Part shown: piece by piece, positions 11,231-23,660 of the stretch
Layout of the letters: each line of letters begins with the position of its first letter
How positions within the stretch are numbered: position 1 is the first letter of the stretch
Program-made: the position numbers and the translations under genes
NCBI RefSeq assembly: GCF_001194135.2
Contig: NC_068986.1
Location: 82,508,396 to 82,544,829 of the forward strand
Origin: Octopus bimaculoides
Lineage: Eukaryota
Length of the DNA: 36,434 bases
Direction of reading: 5' to 3'
The notes under the pieces: generated by a model
Database searches by the model: none
The model's input: only the letters and a program-made list of their open reading frames with translations
Told to the model about the DNA's origin: nothing

Positions 11231-11345
11231 ATCATCATCACCATCACCATCGCCATCATCATCGTCATCGTCGTCGTCAGCGTAGTCGTCGTCATGATCA
11301 TCATCATTATCATCATTCTTCTTCTTTTTCTTCTTGTTGTTGTTG
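11231..11345. repeat. Mixed trinucleotide tract (ATC/ACC/GTC/TTC/TTG) at the 3' tail of retrotransposon copy A
   Basis: Read directly. Confidence 0.9.
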
Positions 11346-11349
11346 TTAT

Positions 11350-11910
11350 ATGTTTCACTTTTGCTTTGCATTTGTACAAGTTGGCTCCAAGTCTCACCCA
11401 GAGACCTCAAGAGACAACAAGTTAGAAGTTCATGTTGGTGTTATGCCTAGGGTGTCATATATTTGGTTTTGTACATAGTATTACTCGAGAGAATGTTTAA
11501 GAAAACATAAGAAAATTATGTGTTTGTATTAAAATTTGAGATTACATAGACAGTATTTTACGTAGGATATGGGCAATTCCCATGAGCACTATCTTTTGAA
11601 TTTCTGCCATTTTGGGGTTTCCTGGTATCTGAGCTAGGTAACAACCAGTCCCTTTTGCTATCATTCTTAGGGCACCTGTGACAACAGGTATCGTTTTAGT
11701 GTTGAGGTTCCGTATTTTTCCAATTTTTATTTCAAGATCTTTATACTTTTTGGTAGGTCTTGACAGATACATTTATATCGATTGGGATAGTCATATTAAT
11801 GAGGAGGCATGATTTTTGTCTAAAGTCTTTCAATATAATGTCTGGCCTATTCGCATCTATCTTTCTGTCAGTTTGAATGGTGAAGTTCCAGAGGAGTGAG
11901 ATGTGATCTA
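11350..11910 (-). mobile_element. 5'-truncated R4/Dong-like non-LTR retrotransposon, copy A (restriction-like endonuclease and 3' UTR)
   Basis: DHISLLWNFTIQTDRKIDANRPDIILKDFRQKSCLLINMTIP, then KYKDLEIKIGKI...IPVVTGALRMI...IQKIVLMGIAHILRKIL: the PD-(D/E)xK endonuclease C-terminus of RLE-clade elements. Confidence 0.85.
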
Positions 11911-12817
11911 TTCTTCTTCTTCTTATTATTATTATTATTATTATTATTATTGTTCAGTAGTTTTATTTTTATAACGTGCTTTCACTTCACTACCGAGCGC
12001 AGCTCTGTGCGCCTTGGGTATGTGCTGTGGTTTGCTGTGGTGCTTTTATGTTTACTGTATTGAAAGTTTTTTGCGTAGAATGTGTGCAGTACCCAGTAGT
12101 GCAATTTTCTGTATGTTACATATATTTGTAAGTCCTGGTATTTTTGTTATGTATTTGTCTGAGTATTNNNNNNNNNNNNNNNNNNNNNNNNNNNNNNNNN
12201 NNNNNNNNNNNNNNNNNNNNNNNNNNNNNNNNNNNNNNNNNNNNNNNNNNNNNNNNNNNNNNNNNNNNNNNNNNNNNNNNNNNNNNNNNNNNNNNNNNNN
12301 NNNNNNNNNNNNNNNNNNNNNNNNNNNNNNNNNNNNNNNNNNNNNNNNNNNNNNNNNNNNNNNNNNNNNNNNNNNNNNNNNNNNNNNNNNNNNNNNNNNN
12401 NNNNNNNNNNNNNNNNNNNNNNNNNNNNNNNNNNNNNNNNNNNNNNNNNNNNNNNNNNNNNNNNNNNNNNNNNNNNNNNNNNNNNNNNNNNNNNNNNNNN
12501 NNNNNNNNNNNNNNNNNNNNNNNNNNNNNNNNNNNNNNNNNNNNNNNNNNNNNNNNNNNNNNNNNNNNNNNNNNNNNNNNNNNNNNNTGTTTATACCATC
12601 TTTTTTCTGTTGTTATTCCATAGTGTTGGCATAGCTTCCAGTGTATATAGGTCCCAGCTCTGTCGTGTCTGTGAATATATTCCTTCTTAGCCAGGACTGG
12701 GCAGCCAGAGATAATATGATTTATTGTTTCTTGTCGATCTCCACATATTCTACAGTTACTTGTTATATTTCTTTTCATTATGTGTTTTTGGTAATTTCTG
12801 GTGGGGAGGCTCTGGTC
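11911..12817 (-). mobile_element. 5'-truncated R4/Dong-like retrotransposon, copy B (CCHC knuckle to 3' end; middle in N gap), flanked by (TAA)n on both sides
   Basis: DQSLPTRNYQKHIMKRNITSNCRICGDRQETINHIISGCPVLAKKEYIHRHDRAGTYIHWKLCQHYG...WYK; C-terminus IQKIALLGTAHILRKKLSIQ*; (AAT)n tail at 11911-11951. Confidence 0.88.

Positions 12818-12870
<53 letters not shown>
12818..12870. repeat. (TTA)n microsatellite
   Basis: Read directly. Confidence 0.95.
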
Positions 12871-12872
<2 letters not shown>

Positions 12873-13060
12873 GGCAGCGAGCTGACAGAATCGTTAACAT
12901 GCAGGAAAAACCCTTAGCGACATTTCGTCTCTACGTTCTGAGTTCAAAACCGTCGAGGTTGACTTTGCCTTTCAGGTCAGGGTCGATAAAATAAGTACCA
13001 GTGAAGTACTAGGACCGATGGAATCGACTAGCCCCTTACTTTTACCTATAGTAGAAAGAA
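12871..13060 (+). mobile_element. tRNA-derived SINE (second family)
   Basis: GGCAGCGAGCTGACAGAATCGTTA head, B-box-like GAGTTCAAAAC, GACTTTGCCTTTCA...GGGTCGATAAAATAAGTACCAG core. Confidence 0.8.
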
Positions 13061-13069
13061 TTATTATTA

Positions 13070-13630
13070 TTATGTTATATTTTGGCTTTGCTTTAATTTA
13101 TACGAGTTGCATCTAAACCTCAACCAGAAACGTCAAGAGACAACGTTTAACATCTGAAGATAAGAGGTGAAGTACCATACAATTGAAAACACTGATGTCT
13201 GTGGGAAAAAAAAACACAAAGTGAGTAAGGCTGCATTTATATGGAGAGGGATATGTGAAACACAGAATATGTGAGGTACTTATAAGTATGATCTTTTGTA
13301 ATTCGGTTATTTTCGGGCTGCCGAGAAGAGCAAAGAAGTCTATATACTTGTTTGCTCTTCTTGGTATCATTCCAAGTGCCCCAATAATAATAGGTAATAT
13401 TGTTTTGTTTTTAGATGCCAGTCTTCCGATTCCAATCTCTAGGTCAAACGTCTTCAGAGATGTGTTTTTGTCAGCTGGGGCTGCAACATCAATCAGAAGA
13501 CAAGTTTTTTTTTATTATGATTTCTTTACAATGAATTCAGGTCGGTTTGCATGCCATTCCCGATCAGTCTGAACACTGAAATTCCAAAGGATGGTAACCT
13601 TGGCATTTTGGGTAACTTGGGGTGGCTTGT
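13070..13630 (-). mobile_element. 5'-truncated R4/Dong-like retrotransposon, copy C (endonuclease and 3' UTR similar to copy A)
   Basis: VTILWNFSVQTDREWHANRPEFIV...TCLLIDVAAP...ILPIIIGALGMIP...ELQKIILISTSHIL. The 3' UTR resembles copy A and ends in (AAT)n at about 13062-13075. Confidence 0.8.
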
Positions 13631-14029
13631 ATTCCCGCCAATTGTTTTTGTGAGGGAAAAAGTATGAATTTTAGTCCCTGTGCTATAGGAGAAAGATTAT
13701 TATCTTCATATTTTCAATATTTTCATACGAGTGACTGCTGTACGACAAGGTGCTCCTCCGTATTCCTGATGTGTGCAGCCTTGCCCTTTGTGAATGTAGA
13801 ATTGTTTTTCTAAACTATCAGTTTTGTATTCTTGGGACGTACATAGTTGTTTCTGATGTTAAGTGTTTCGTCTGTTGTGTAGAGTATTTACAACACGAGT
13901 CCTATTATTTGTATGTAGGAGAAAGATGCTACTGAACTCTAACAATGACCGGAACAGTATTTTTAGCATTGTCCCAACAGGTAATGTAGGTTTGCTTTTA
14001 AGAAGGTGTACGTGGAGAAGAAGATGAGG

Positions 14030-14260
14030 TAAATTGCAGAATCGTTGGTTTCTGGGGTAGGATGTGGTCTGTACTATTATTTTCCAACTGAATCTATAGT
14101 TAGTATTCACGTTTTCAAGTTTCTAAATGTATTTTGACAATGAGGTGTCGTTATATCCACGACTGTTCAAGATAGGTGATATGTTCGTAGAGGCGAGATT
14201 AGTAGCGAAAGCTTTATAGGATTTGTTGGTGTTAGGGTGATCACATTTGGTATACCATAT
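14030..14260 (-). mobile_element. Small decayed Penelope-like GIY-YIG C-terminal fragment
   Basis: YNDTSLSKYI*KLENVNTNYRFSWKIIVQTTSYPRNQRFCNL matches the T.LSKYIW...WKII...CNL motif of PLE endonucleases. Confidence 0.55.
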
Positions 14261-14575
14261 CCTTGTCCATTTTTATTTAATGGGTATGTTTATCGGATAA
14301 GGACACTTACAGTTATTAAGATTAGTATTAATAAGATGGGGCTGAATATTTCTACGGTTAGCAGAAACGAGTTACTGAGCGAAATTATGGTGTAGTAGAG
14401 TATAAGGGCTTAACAGAGATCTTGTTAAAGATTTTGTAGCCCGATGTTGTAGCGAAACTGTTTCCTTAATAGCTCTAAAGAATATTCTGGCTATGGATAT
14501 CACCACCACAAGAAACGTTCAGCCGTATTTTATAGCTATTTTGTTGTAGCAAAGGGTACTACGGTGCATTGCAGT

Positions 14576-14591
14576 TCTCTCTCTCTCTCTC

Positions 14592-14666
<75 letters not shown>
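14576..14666. repeat. (CT)n microsatellite
   Basis: Read directly. Confidence 0.97.
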
Positions 14667-14667
<1 letters not shown>

Positions 14668-14967
14668 GCCAGGTATGGTGTACAGGTAAAAACAATTGCC
14701 AGAGGGTTCTCTAAAGTTTTGTTTGTTAGTACAAAATTTTAAAAGACTGAGTCTACAAAGTTTCAGTGCCAGACTATTAGTAATAAACCGTTAACTGAAT
14801 ATCTCTTATATTAATTATTCTGTCTTTTCTAAAACGGTAGGGTGTGATTTAAATGAGATTTCACTGCTATTTCTTGCAGGCACTGCGTCAACGTAATACC
14901 TTCCTCGTTGTTTCCTATACATGGCTGTTAAATTATAAGATTTTACCCATAGATAGTTAGCATGTGT

Positions 14968-15118
14968 GGCGGTAGTAGTGACTGGTGGTGGTGGTGCTGC
15001 TGCTGCTGCTGCTGCTGCTGTAGCTGGTAACAGTGAGGGCAATGGTGGTGCTAGTGGTACTGGTGTTGGTGCTGGTGCTGGCGGCGGTGATGGTTATTGT
15101 TGTTATTGCTGTTGTTAT
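14968..15118. repeat. GC-rich mixed trinucleotide tract (GGT/GCT/GGC/GTT)
   Basis: Read directly. Confidence 0.85.
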
Positions 15119-16028
15119 TTAACCCCGCATCAATCCTCATTATCAAAGACATTCCACCTCGAACTACCCCGTCTTTTTATGTCTATTTAGGACTACATTA
15201 TCTAACGTATTTTTCTCTTAAAATAACGAGGTGTGATTTGAGATGGATTTCACTGTTATTTCTAGCAAGACTAGTCACATGTTAATAGCTCTCTCGTTGC
15301 TTTGTGTATTTTCTATTAGCAATCAGGTTATAGTCAGAGATATCATGTTTTATGAAGCAAGATGACATTGAAACTATTATCTAGAAATATATATTCCTGG
15401 CCCATGCCACAGAGATAACAAATATTTGTGTGAGGTGTTATCGAGAAAAAAAATAATAAAATAAAAAAACATTATATGAAAACCTTGAAAAATGACAGCG
15501 GTTCTTGTCTTGAGTTTTTTTTTTTCCTGGGGGCGACGATAACAGTAAGGCTTTCAAAAGAAAGCAATAAATACAGTGAGTGAGGAAGTAGAAGTCTTTC
15601 TGTTTTGTGTGTTTTTTTAATGCTTGCAAAACAAAATAATTGAATTCTGAATAACCTGTTGATTAATGAAGGGAGGGTCTTTTATTGTGTTCTCATAAAA
15701 CAACACTGCTATATAGTCATTTGAAAAGGTTTCTTATCTTACCGTGGCCCGTCAGCTCACCTCCAAACAGATCGAGTCACTGCGATTAAGGATAATGAAC
15801 ATTATCAAGCTATTTATTCAACTTTAGCCTCAATAATTCTTTTGAAATTCTGAATAAAATGACTCCATTTTTACTGCTGGTCGTCGGCTTTTAGTTTTTA
15901 TCTGACTTCACGCTTCGAATGTCATTCACTTCTTTGTTGTTAACGAACTTTCATTCAATTGTTTTCTTCTCATACCCCCCCCCCCACACACATCCTTTCT
16001 ACTCTATCCAAACTCTCCNNNNNNNNNN

Positions 16029-16082
<54 letters not shown>
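16029..16082. repeat. (TC)n microsatellite
   Basis: Read directly; abuts a 10-N gap. Confidence 0.95.
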
Positions 16083-16084
<2 letters not shown>

Positions 16085-17293
16085 CATTTCCTTTACTCCC
16101 TCCCTCTTTCTTTACGTTTCTTCAACCTTCTCTCTCTGTCTTTACTTTTTTTCCCTTTCTCCCTCTCTTATCCAGTTCAGTCAAGCGTTTTATGATTTCC
16201 ATGCCCAGCCAGTCATGGATATAAAACAAACATCAAAAGAAGAATATGTTTAGAGTTAGATACCTCTTATTCTCCCCAGACCTACAATTAATCCCCGCCA
16301 CCCACCCACTAACACACGGTCACTCAACTGCTCATTATAAGTCTGTCTATTGTTCTTCTGGCGCTCAATAGCTTCACGCACCTCTTTTTGCTTTTTCTTC
16401 ATACTTCAACTGATTAAAGACTTTACGCTTATCTCATCCGTCTGACATGCACCCACATTATTGCACAACTCGAGGTTATTTATGTAACTGACTGAAAGAA
16501 ATAAACCTCATTACCAGCTCTTCATTTTACACAGAACTCAAAGAACCAAAGCAAGGTGAAAGCAGTAGACTATATCCTATTAACTGCGATACTTTAAAGA
16601 GTTTATCCTAAACAATTCTCTTTAGAAATATAGCTGAGTATAAACATCAACATTATACTGTCTCTATCAATTGAAACATAGTCATGAAATTACACACAAG
16701 TGACACTGCTAGAAATCAGTGGCTGTTTGATCATAACTAAAAGCAAGCCGCATTGCGGAGAGTTAAGATAGAGTTAACATAATGAAAGTAAGGAGGATTA
16801 AAAAAGAAAAAAAAAACTAAACTAGAAATAATTATATAAAGTCAAAAGGACATATTGAGGATTGACTGGATAACAGACACGTATAAAATCTATCTAATAA
16901 CTAACCATTAGTGGTCATCGATTTCAGTCTTATTTATTCATCTATTTATTTATTTATTTATTTACTGGTTACAGAGTTCCCACGGGCTAAATACTAGATC
17001 ACTGTGTTTATGATGGTGATATTGACAAGGAAATGTCTCTAATCCCCGATCCAGAACATATAACTCAAGAGACTCTGTTAAATAAAACACAGGAACTTTG
17101 GTTTCTCTTTGATAGTTATATTCCGTCATCGGTATATAACGGCGAAGAATATACACACACGCACTCACATTCACACATTCACACACTAACTCACACACAC
17201 GCACACACACACACACACATACACAATATATTTCTTTTTATGTACGTATGGATGGATGGATGGATGGATGACCGAATGGATGGATTGATGGAT

Positions 17294-17728
17294 GGATGTG
17301 GCTGAGTGGTAAAAAGTTTGTTTCCCTATCACATGGTTTGGGGTTCAGTCTCATTGCGTGGAACCTTAGACAAGTGTCTTCTACTATAGCCCCCGGCTGA
17401 TCAAAGCCTTGTGAGTGAATATGATAGAAGGAAACTGAAAGAAACCCTTCGTATATACACATATACACACACAGAAACGCGCGCGCACGCACACACGCAC
17501 ATACACACGCATATATACCTATGTGTGTGTGTCTTTATGCACCTCTTGACAACCGGTGTTGGTTTGTTTACAGCCCCGTTATCTAGCAGCTTGGGAAAAG
17601 ATAAAATAAGTATCGGGATTAAAAATAAGTACTGGGGTCGATTGGTTCGACTAGACTAAACTCTTCAAGGCAATGCCCCAGCATGGCCGCAGTCCAATGA
17701 CTGGAACAAGTAAACGATAAACGATAAA
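17294..17728 (+). mobile_element. Full-length tRNA-derived SINE with internal (AT/AC/GC/GT) microsatellite
   Basis: A-box-like TGGCTGAGTGG, B-box-like GGTTCAGTC, internal simple repeats at about 17452-17532, 3' half ...CCAGCATGGCCGCAGTC...AAGTAAACGATAAACGATAAA tail. Confidence 0.88.
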
Positions 17729-18002
17729 TGGTTTTACAATTTTGCCGAATATGTTCGTAACAAGGGCGCCTTTGACCTCTGGGGTGAAGCGAACTTTTTG
17801 GAACATATTAAACAAAACGTAAGTATGGAAAATATGTGAACACTTTACAAAAGCAACAAAACGTTGTCTTCTATCATTTGCAGATCTGTTCACAAAAGAT
17901 TTGTCCAAAATTGATGATAGTAATATGGTGCTACTTTCAAATATCTTGTAGCCTCCACTATTTCTGCTCTTTTTACAAATGTCTCATCAGTAAAAGGTTT
18001 TA

Positions 18003-18200
18003 CTAGGACAGCGAGCTGATCAAATCGTTAATAAGTAAGGCAGATTGTTTAGTTGCATTTCTTCCAGCTTTATATTCTGACTTGACATACTGCCGAGATC
18101 AATTTTACTTTTCGTCTTTTAGGGGCTGATAAAATAAGTACCAGATGAGACTATCCCCGTCTACCAAAATTTAAAACATTGTTCCTGTAGTAGAAAGTAC
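18003..18200 (+). mobile_element. Diverged SINE (second family)
   Basis: GGACAGCGAGCTGATCAAATCGTTA head and GGGGCTGATAAAATAAGTACCAG core, as at 12871-13060. Confidence 0.65.
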
Positions 18201-19191
18201 AAGGAATTAATAAATTTTACTGTTTTATTTACAACCACCAAATATTATATCTACGGGAGAAGTATCAGCTTTTTTTATGCTGAGCAACACCTAATGTGAG
18301 ACAATGGAAACTACCATAACGACTCACGTTACGTTATAAATGTAATGTAAACACCAACAGATGACTAAACATCAGCTTTTACGACCGAGAATATTTTATG
18401 TTATTTGAGAATGGCTTTTTTTTCTTTAATATTTTAATTTAGTAAACTCGGGACAAATTCGTTCAATTTTTCATGCCACATTCGTTTTGTAGCGGATATC
18501 AAGGAGCTTTTTTTATTGCGGACATATTCGGCCAGATTAACTTTACATATGTACATTCTGGAACTTTATCTGCATTGTTGATTTTTAAATGACCGGGCAT
18601 AGCTGTTTGCTCCCCAACTGCATGGTTTGGGGTTCATCATAAGTGCGTGGAACCTTAGGCAAATGTTTTCTACTGTAACTCCATTTACGTGAACAACAAA
18701 GAAACTCAGAGAAAGGATGGCTGTAGATGAAATTAAAAATAGTTCAGCTATTGCGTCTTAGAACCAACACAAATGAAAAAAAATTCAAATGTTTTGACGA
18801 ACATATGGAAATGGAAATTTTGAAAAATACTGAAGGCGTTTTGTTTGAAAGCACTTAAACTCTGGAGAGAAAAATGTTTAAATGAAGAATCGACATCGCT
18901 TCGACGTTGGGAAAGGAACGCTGCCTGGTTTAACAAATACGAAAAAGAATTTCATACAGAAAATAATGCTAATCTATTTCTAAAGAAAATAAAAGCATAC
19001 TATTTTAACTCACAAACGACCAAACAAATATTGAAAATTAAGAATTGTACCCACCAAAGACTCACAAGAAACAACACCAATTCCAGGTTCTACAGACGAC
19101 AAAATTAACCCACTACAAAATTCCCAAACTCCTCTCCACCAAGACAGAACAGCTTTCAAAACCAGATATTCCAAGTGGAATAGGCACAAGC

Positions 19192-20560
19192 CTATTGTTT
19201 CAATTCAGTTGTACTAATAGATGAAGCTTTCTTTATGTAGATGCTTTCACCTTTTGCTCCTCTGTAAATTTCAGCTATGGGAAGATACACTGATGGATCA
19301 TTGATGTTAATTTCATGTAGCGCTTTATTTTTCACAATTTCTTTTTTAACAAAATTGCCAAGTATTCCCTTAACAGGACATGTAATAGATTTGTGCATTC
19401 TATAGCTTTCGGATTGGAAATCTAAGTTCAACTTAATAATATCTGGCAAAATATATGCTAAAAATGCATAATACATCTGTGTGATTGGATTTGTTAATGA
19501 GTTCTGCACATTTGAAGCTGCATTGTTGTTATCTTCAATAGCAGCAATAGTAAAGGATAACACTAGAACAGGCCACTGTTCTAGTATTCTTTTGACAACT
19601 TGTTTTGAAGATAGCCACCTTGTACAACTTACATGTAATAATTGATGAGGATTTGTTTGAGTAAATTCCCGAAATTCTTCATATTCTTGAAGTCTCTTTG
19701 AGCTATTTGAGAGGAATGAATATATGCTTCTAGCAAGTTCTTCTAAATGTGAAGGTAATTCTGAACATGCCTTTGATGCACAGATATGCATAGAGTGACA
19801 GACACAACCCTGAATAAAGAGAGAGGGAACTTTGTTCTTCAGTAATGCCTGCACACCTCCCTTCTGTCCCATCATTATACTAGCATTGTCACTGGCAAAT
19901 CCTATCAAATTTTCAAAAGGAGTATCAAGTAAGGTGAAGCATCTTTCAATAGAGAAAAAGCCCATTAACAGAGCAACCCTTGGCTTCCAGAAGAATTAAA
20001 TAACTATCAATAATTTTTTGAGTGCTGCAATCCTAAAATCCAGCTAACAAAACCAGCTGGGGTTTTTTTTTTGTACTTACATCAGTAGTTTCATCAACAA
20101 TTAATAAAAAAAATTGCACTCTTTGAACTGTTTAATGAGGTTTTCAAAGTAATAAGAACCTAAAACATTTTTTATATATTTAAGTAGCTTTGACTCCTGC
20201 ACATTTAATACCTTTAGCTATTTTGTAATCAGGACATGCATTCTGAATTAGTCCAGGTAAATAATCCATAAGTCTTACTAGTAAGTTATGATCTGAAATG
20301 AAAGAACAAAGCTTAAGCTCCCGTAGCTGTTATGTTTGTAATATGAACAGAAGTTGTAGGCTGCAAAAAGTCGGTCAGTTTCCCACTTTTATTTTCTGAA
20401 TTGACATTTTTAATATGTTCATCTGTTTTTCCTTGCCTCTCCAGATGAGTTACACTACCTTGAATTTCACACAACAAAATTTACAGCATGCTCTTTCGAT
20501 ATTTGTTTTATTTGGTTCTAACCATGATGAAAATCGAGAATCCAATAAAAGTTTGTTCGA
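19192..20560 (-). pseudogene. hAT Tip100/ZNF862-like transposase relic with a 257-aa open catalytic segment (19192-19965)
   Basis: Upstream frameshifted WLEP...ACCKFC...THLERQGKTDEH zinc finger and LIVDETTDVSTK (first catalytic Asp). The ORF has IGFASDNASIMMG, GCVCHSMHICASKAC (CxxH) and CTRWLS...RILEQW. Truncated before the hATC domain. Confidence 0.88.
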
Positions 20561-20974
20561 TAATTTATGAGTATATTGTTTAATTCTTTTTTTTTTTTTT
20601 TTGGCGGAGCTATACCTAAGTCAGTTTCATCACTGCTTTTATTTTTCGTATTCTTGCACATCATGAGGGTTATAAATGACTCATAATTGACTAAAGTTTA
20701 ACGGGATAGTAAGGAAGCACTTGTCACTTATGTATAAAATATGCTACTGACTAGCAGTGATATTGGATGGTACGTACGATACACGTATTTAACACGTTCT
20801 ATACTAATTAGTCATAAACTGCCTCGTTATAAAATGTCGCAAAATATATTTTGATATGAAATAGTTAGTCCAATGGTAACGTAATGTATTTATTGTTACA
20901 TTGTTCACTTACATACGCTTTAACATATCTTTTTACATAAAGCGAAAAAATTTGAAAAAGGTATCAAATTATTG

Positions 20975-21050
20975 CAGCGTAGTACCAAAAGTATTATTGC
21001 ACACCAAAAGTACCAAATTTGGTATAATAGTACCAGGTTCGACAAGCCTG
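20975..21050 (-). mobile_element. Probable left terminus of the Tip100-like hAT element
   Basis: Minus strand begins CAGGCTTGTCGAACC followed by three GGTACT subterminal motifs (AGTACC at 20981, 21009, 21029). No matching second terminus seen. Confidence 0.4.
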
Positions 21051-21325
21051 CTATGGCTTCGGCCGAGTGGACTTGGTAGACGGAAACTGAATGAAGCCCG
21101 CCGTATATGTGTGTGTGTGTGTGTGTGCGCGCGCTTGACAACCAGTGTTGGTTTGTTTACGTCCCCGTAACTCAGCAGTTCGGCAAAAGAGACCGATAGA
21201 GTAAACATCTAGCTTTAAAAAAATTACAAGTAGTGGGGTCGATACATTTGACTAAAATTTCAAGGTGGTGCCCCAGCATGGCCACAGTCAAATGACTGAT
21301 CAAGTAAAAGATAAACGATAAAAGA
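21051..21325 (+). mobile_element. 5'-truncated SINE (internal-microsatellite family)
   Basis: GGTAGACGGAAACTG...(GT)n...CTTGACAACCAGTGTTGG...CCCCAGCATGGCCACAGTC...AAAAGATAAACGATAAAAGATA. Confidence 0.85.
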
Positions 21326-21339
21326 TACACAAAGAAACA

Positions 21340-23660
21340 GTGATTATGACACCAGTAACTATCCTAGACATGAATATACTTTATTCAGACATATAAAGGA
21401 TAGCAACTATTCCAGAAAGTTGGAAAGAAACGGAGTATATAATCACAGACTTAGGAACACACCCAAAAGAACAAACGTCACAAACCATTTTTAAAGACTA
21501 GAAGAAAGATTTCAAGACACTCAGTGGTACAAGATAAAAGAAGGTAAGAAATTATGATAAATCTTTCCAATTTAAAATTCTCAAAAGAACAGATCAAAAC
21601 TCTTTCAAAATGTCTTAAATCTACCCCGATACCACAATATCCTAACCTCAGTGAAATACGAAAAAAGAATCTTGATTTTTTAATAGAAAATTACGATTAA
21701 CAGAACTTACGATAATGAAAACATTAATCAATCCATAATGCAAATCAAAAGCAATTACAACCCAACAATAGGGAAAAACAAAACACTAGACAAATTTTGT
21801 GAGTATACCTTCCCTTACAATGAACTTCCATTTCCTAAACTGAAGGCCAACATTTAGTCTAACAGAATAGAAAATTAAATATGACCTAAAAAAACAACAA
21901 AAACATTGTTAAAAAAGAAGCTGATCAGGGAAATACAGCAGTTATTATGAACGTGGAATAATACAAAAATGCAACATTAACTCTTCTTCAAGATACCACC
22001 CACAATAAAATATAAACAACTATCAACAAACAAAAATAGTATCTAAATTTAACACTCTCATAAGTCAACACAGAAAAGGCTTAACTAATAAAGAAATTCA
22101 CAAAAATAAAGCAATTATTAATGCCTGCAAAGAGTTACACTCAGTCTGCATAAACATACCATTTCTGAAGGACCTCAAATATAAACCATTTGTGGCAAGC
22201 CCAGACTATGAAACTCACCCACTTAGCAATTTCATTGGCTTACTGTTAAAAGCTCTCTTAAAATGTATACGAAGTTTCATAAAGGATGACCTAAACCTAT
22301 TAAGCCATCTCCCGAAAAAAGTAAACATTTGATGTTGTAAATTTTTATACTACCATTCCACATTAATACGGACTTGAGGAATAGTCTTTTAGTTAAAAAA
22401 AATTCCCTGATGAAATTCCAGATCGAGCTAGTCATCAATTCATCAATTGAACCTTCAAAAGAACTTCATTTTGGAGAGAAACACCTACCAACACGTTCCT
22501 GGAACTGCGATGGGAACAAAGGTTTCCCCAATATTTGCTAGCTTAGTCATGGTATAACTTAATTTCAGATGTATGAACAAACCAAAGCAAAGTATGGTAT
22601 CAAATTTCAAAATTATCTCGTGAAATATTGGAAACAATACTGATGCCTGCCTTTTCCTGTGAACATACAATCTAGATGAACTTAATTATTTCAAATTCCG
22701 ATTCAATACTATCACTGATAGTATTCAAATCACTGGAGTTTAGTCATAACCAATAACTCTTCTTAGATATTTTGATTATTAAGAATGACACGAACATAGA
22801 AACTGACATCTAGTATAAACTAACGAACTCTAAACAGCACCTATATTTTCTTCATACTACCCAGAACATAACAAATCCAATATTCATTTAACCTAACTAG
22901 AATAATCCGGACAATTGTCCCCAATCCGGATGTTCAGAATAAAAGACACCTTGAATTAAAACAAGCACTGCTTGAAAGAAAGCACCTGTAGACTCTAACA
23001 GTGATTGGAATTGAACGCGCCAAAGGAATAGACACTGAAGAATTACGAAAAGCCCTGAGCAGTTCAGATACACCTAAAACCCTATCTTTAATTACAACAC
23101 ATAACACAAGAAACATAGAAACATTCAACATTTTCCATCAAAACATACCCATTATTGGGCCAATGCCTAAGAATGAAAAAGCACTTGAATCATACAAAAT
23201 CGTCAAATGCAAAAGACAACCAAAATCCCTAAAAAACTATTTACCAACGCGAAATTACCAACTACGGACTCAACTCCAACAGTTAAAATGTGTGGACGAT
23301 CCAATTGTGGAACTTGTGCTAAATTTATTAAGAACACAACTTACAGATTTAAATCAGGACAACTTCTTCAAAAACTTTAGTATATGCCATCAAATGCAGT
23401 GGATGCAGGGAAGATAACATTGAACAAACTAAACTCACGTTAAGAAAGAAATTAAATATTCATTGTCAACAAATACAGGGTCCCAAACTAGACAAATTCC
23501 ACATTGTAAACATGTGGACATAGGCACGAAAACCAAATCTCTCAAATGTCTTGTCTTCCTGCTATCAATGTGTAGACAATACTCCCAGACCAAACAAGAA
23601 TTAATAAGGAAAGTTCGTTTATTAAAAAATACAAACTACTGCTGAACAGGTTATATAAAG
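21340..23660 (+). mobile_element. Decayed Penelope-like element (RT, Cys-rich linker, GIY-YIG endonuclease); Neptune-type linker
   Basis: KEADQGNTAVIMN; LKYKPFVASP...LSNFIGLLLK...FIKDD; FDVVNFYTTIP; GTAMGTKVSPIFASL; FLDILII; linker CGRSNCGTC; LVYAIKCSGCREDNIEQT...LRKKLNIH; KESSFIKKY. Many stops and frameshifts; YxDD degraded. Confidence 0.9.

Noticed and set aside
14966-15190. Poly-Ala/Gly ORF resembling a transcription-factor low-complexity exon
   Set aside because: It grades into GTT/ATT repeats like other compound microsatellites here; no domain and no convincing splice sites.
18845-19108. 87-aa lysine-rich ORF
   Set aside because: Possibly a decayed retroelement ORF piece, but I cannot recognise a motif; unsupported.
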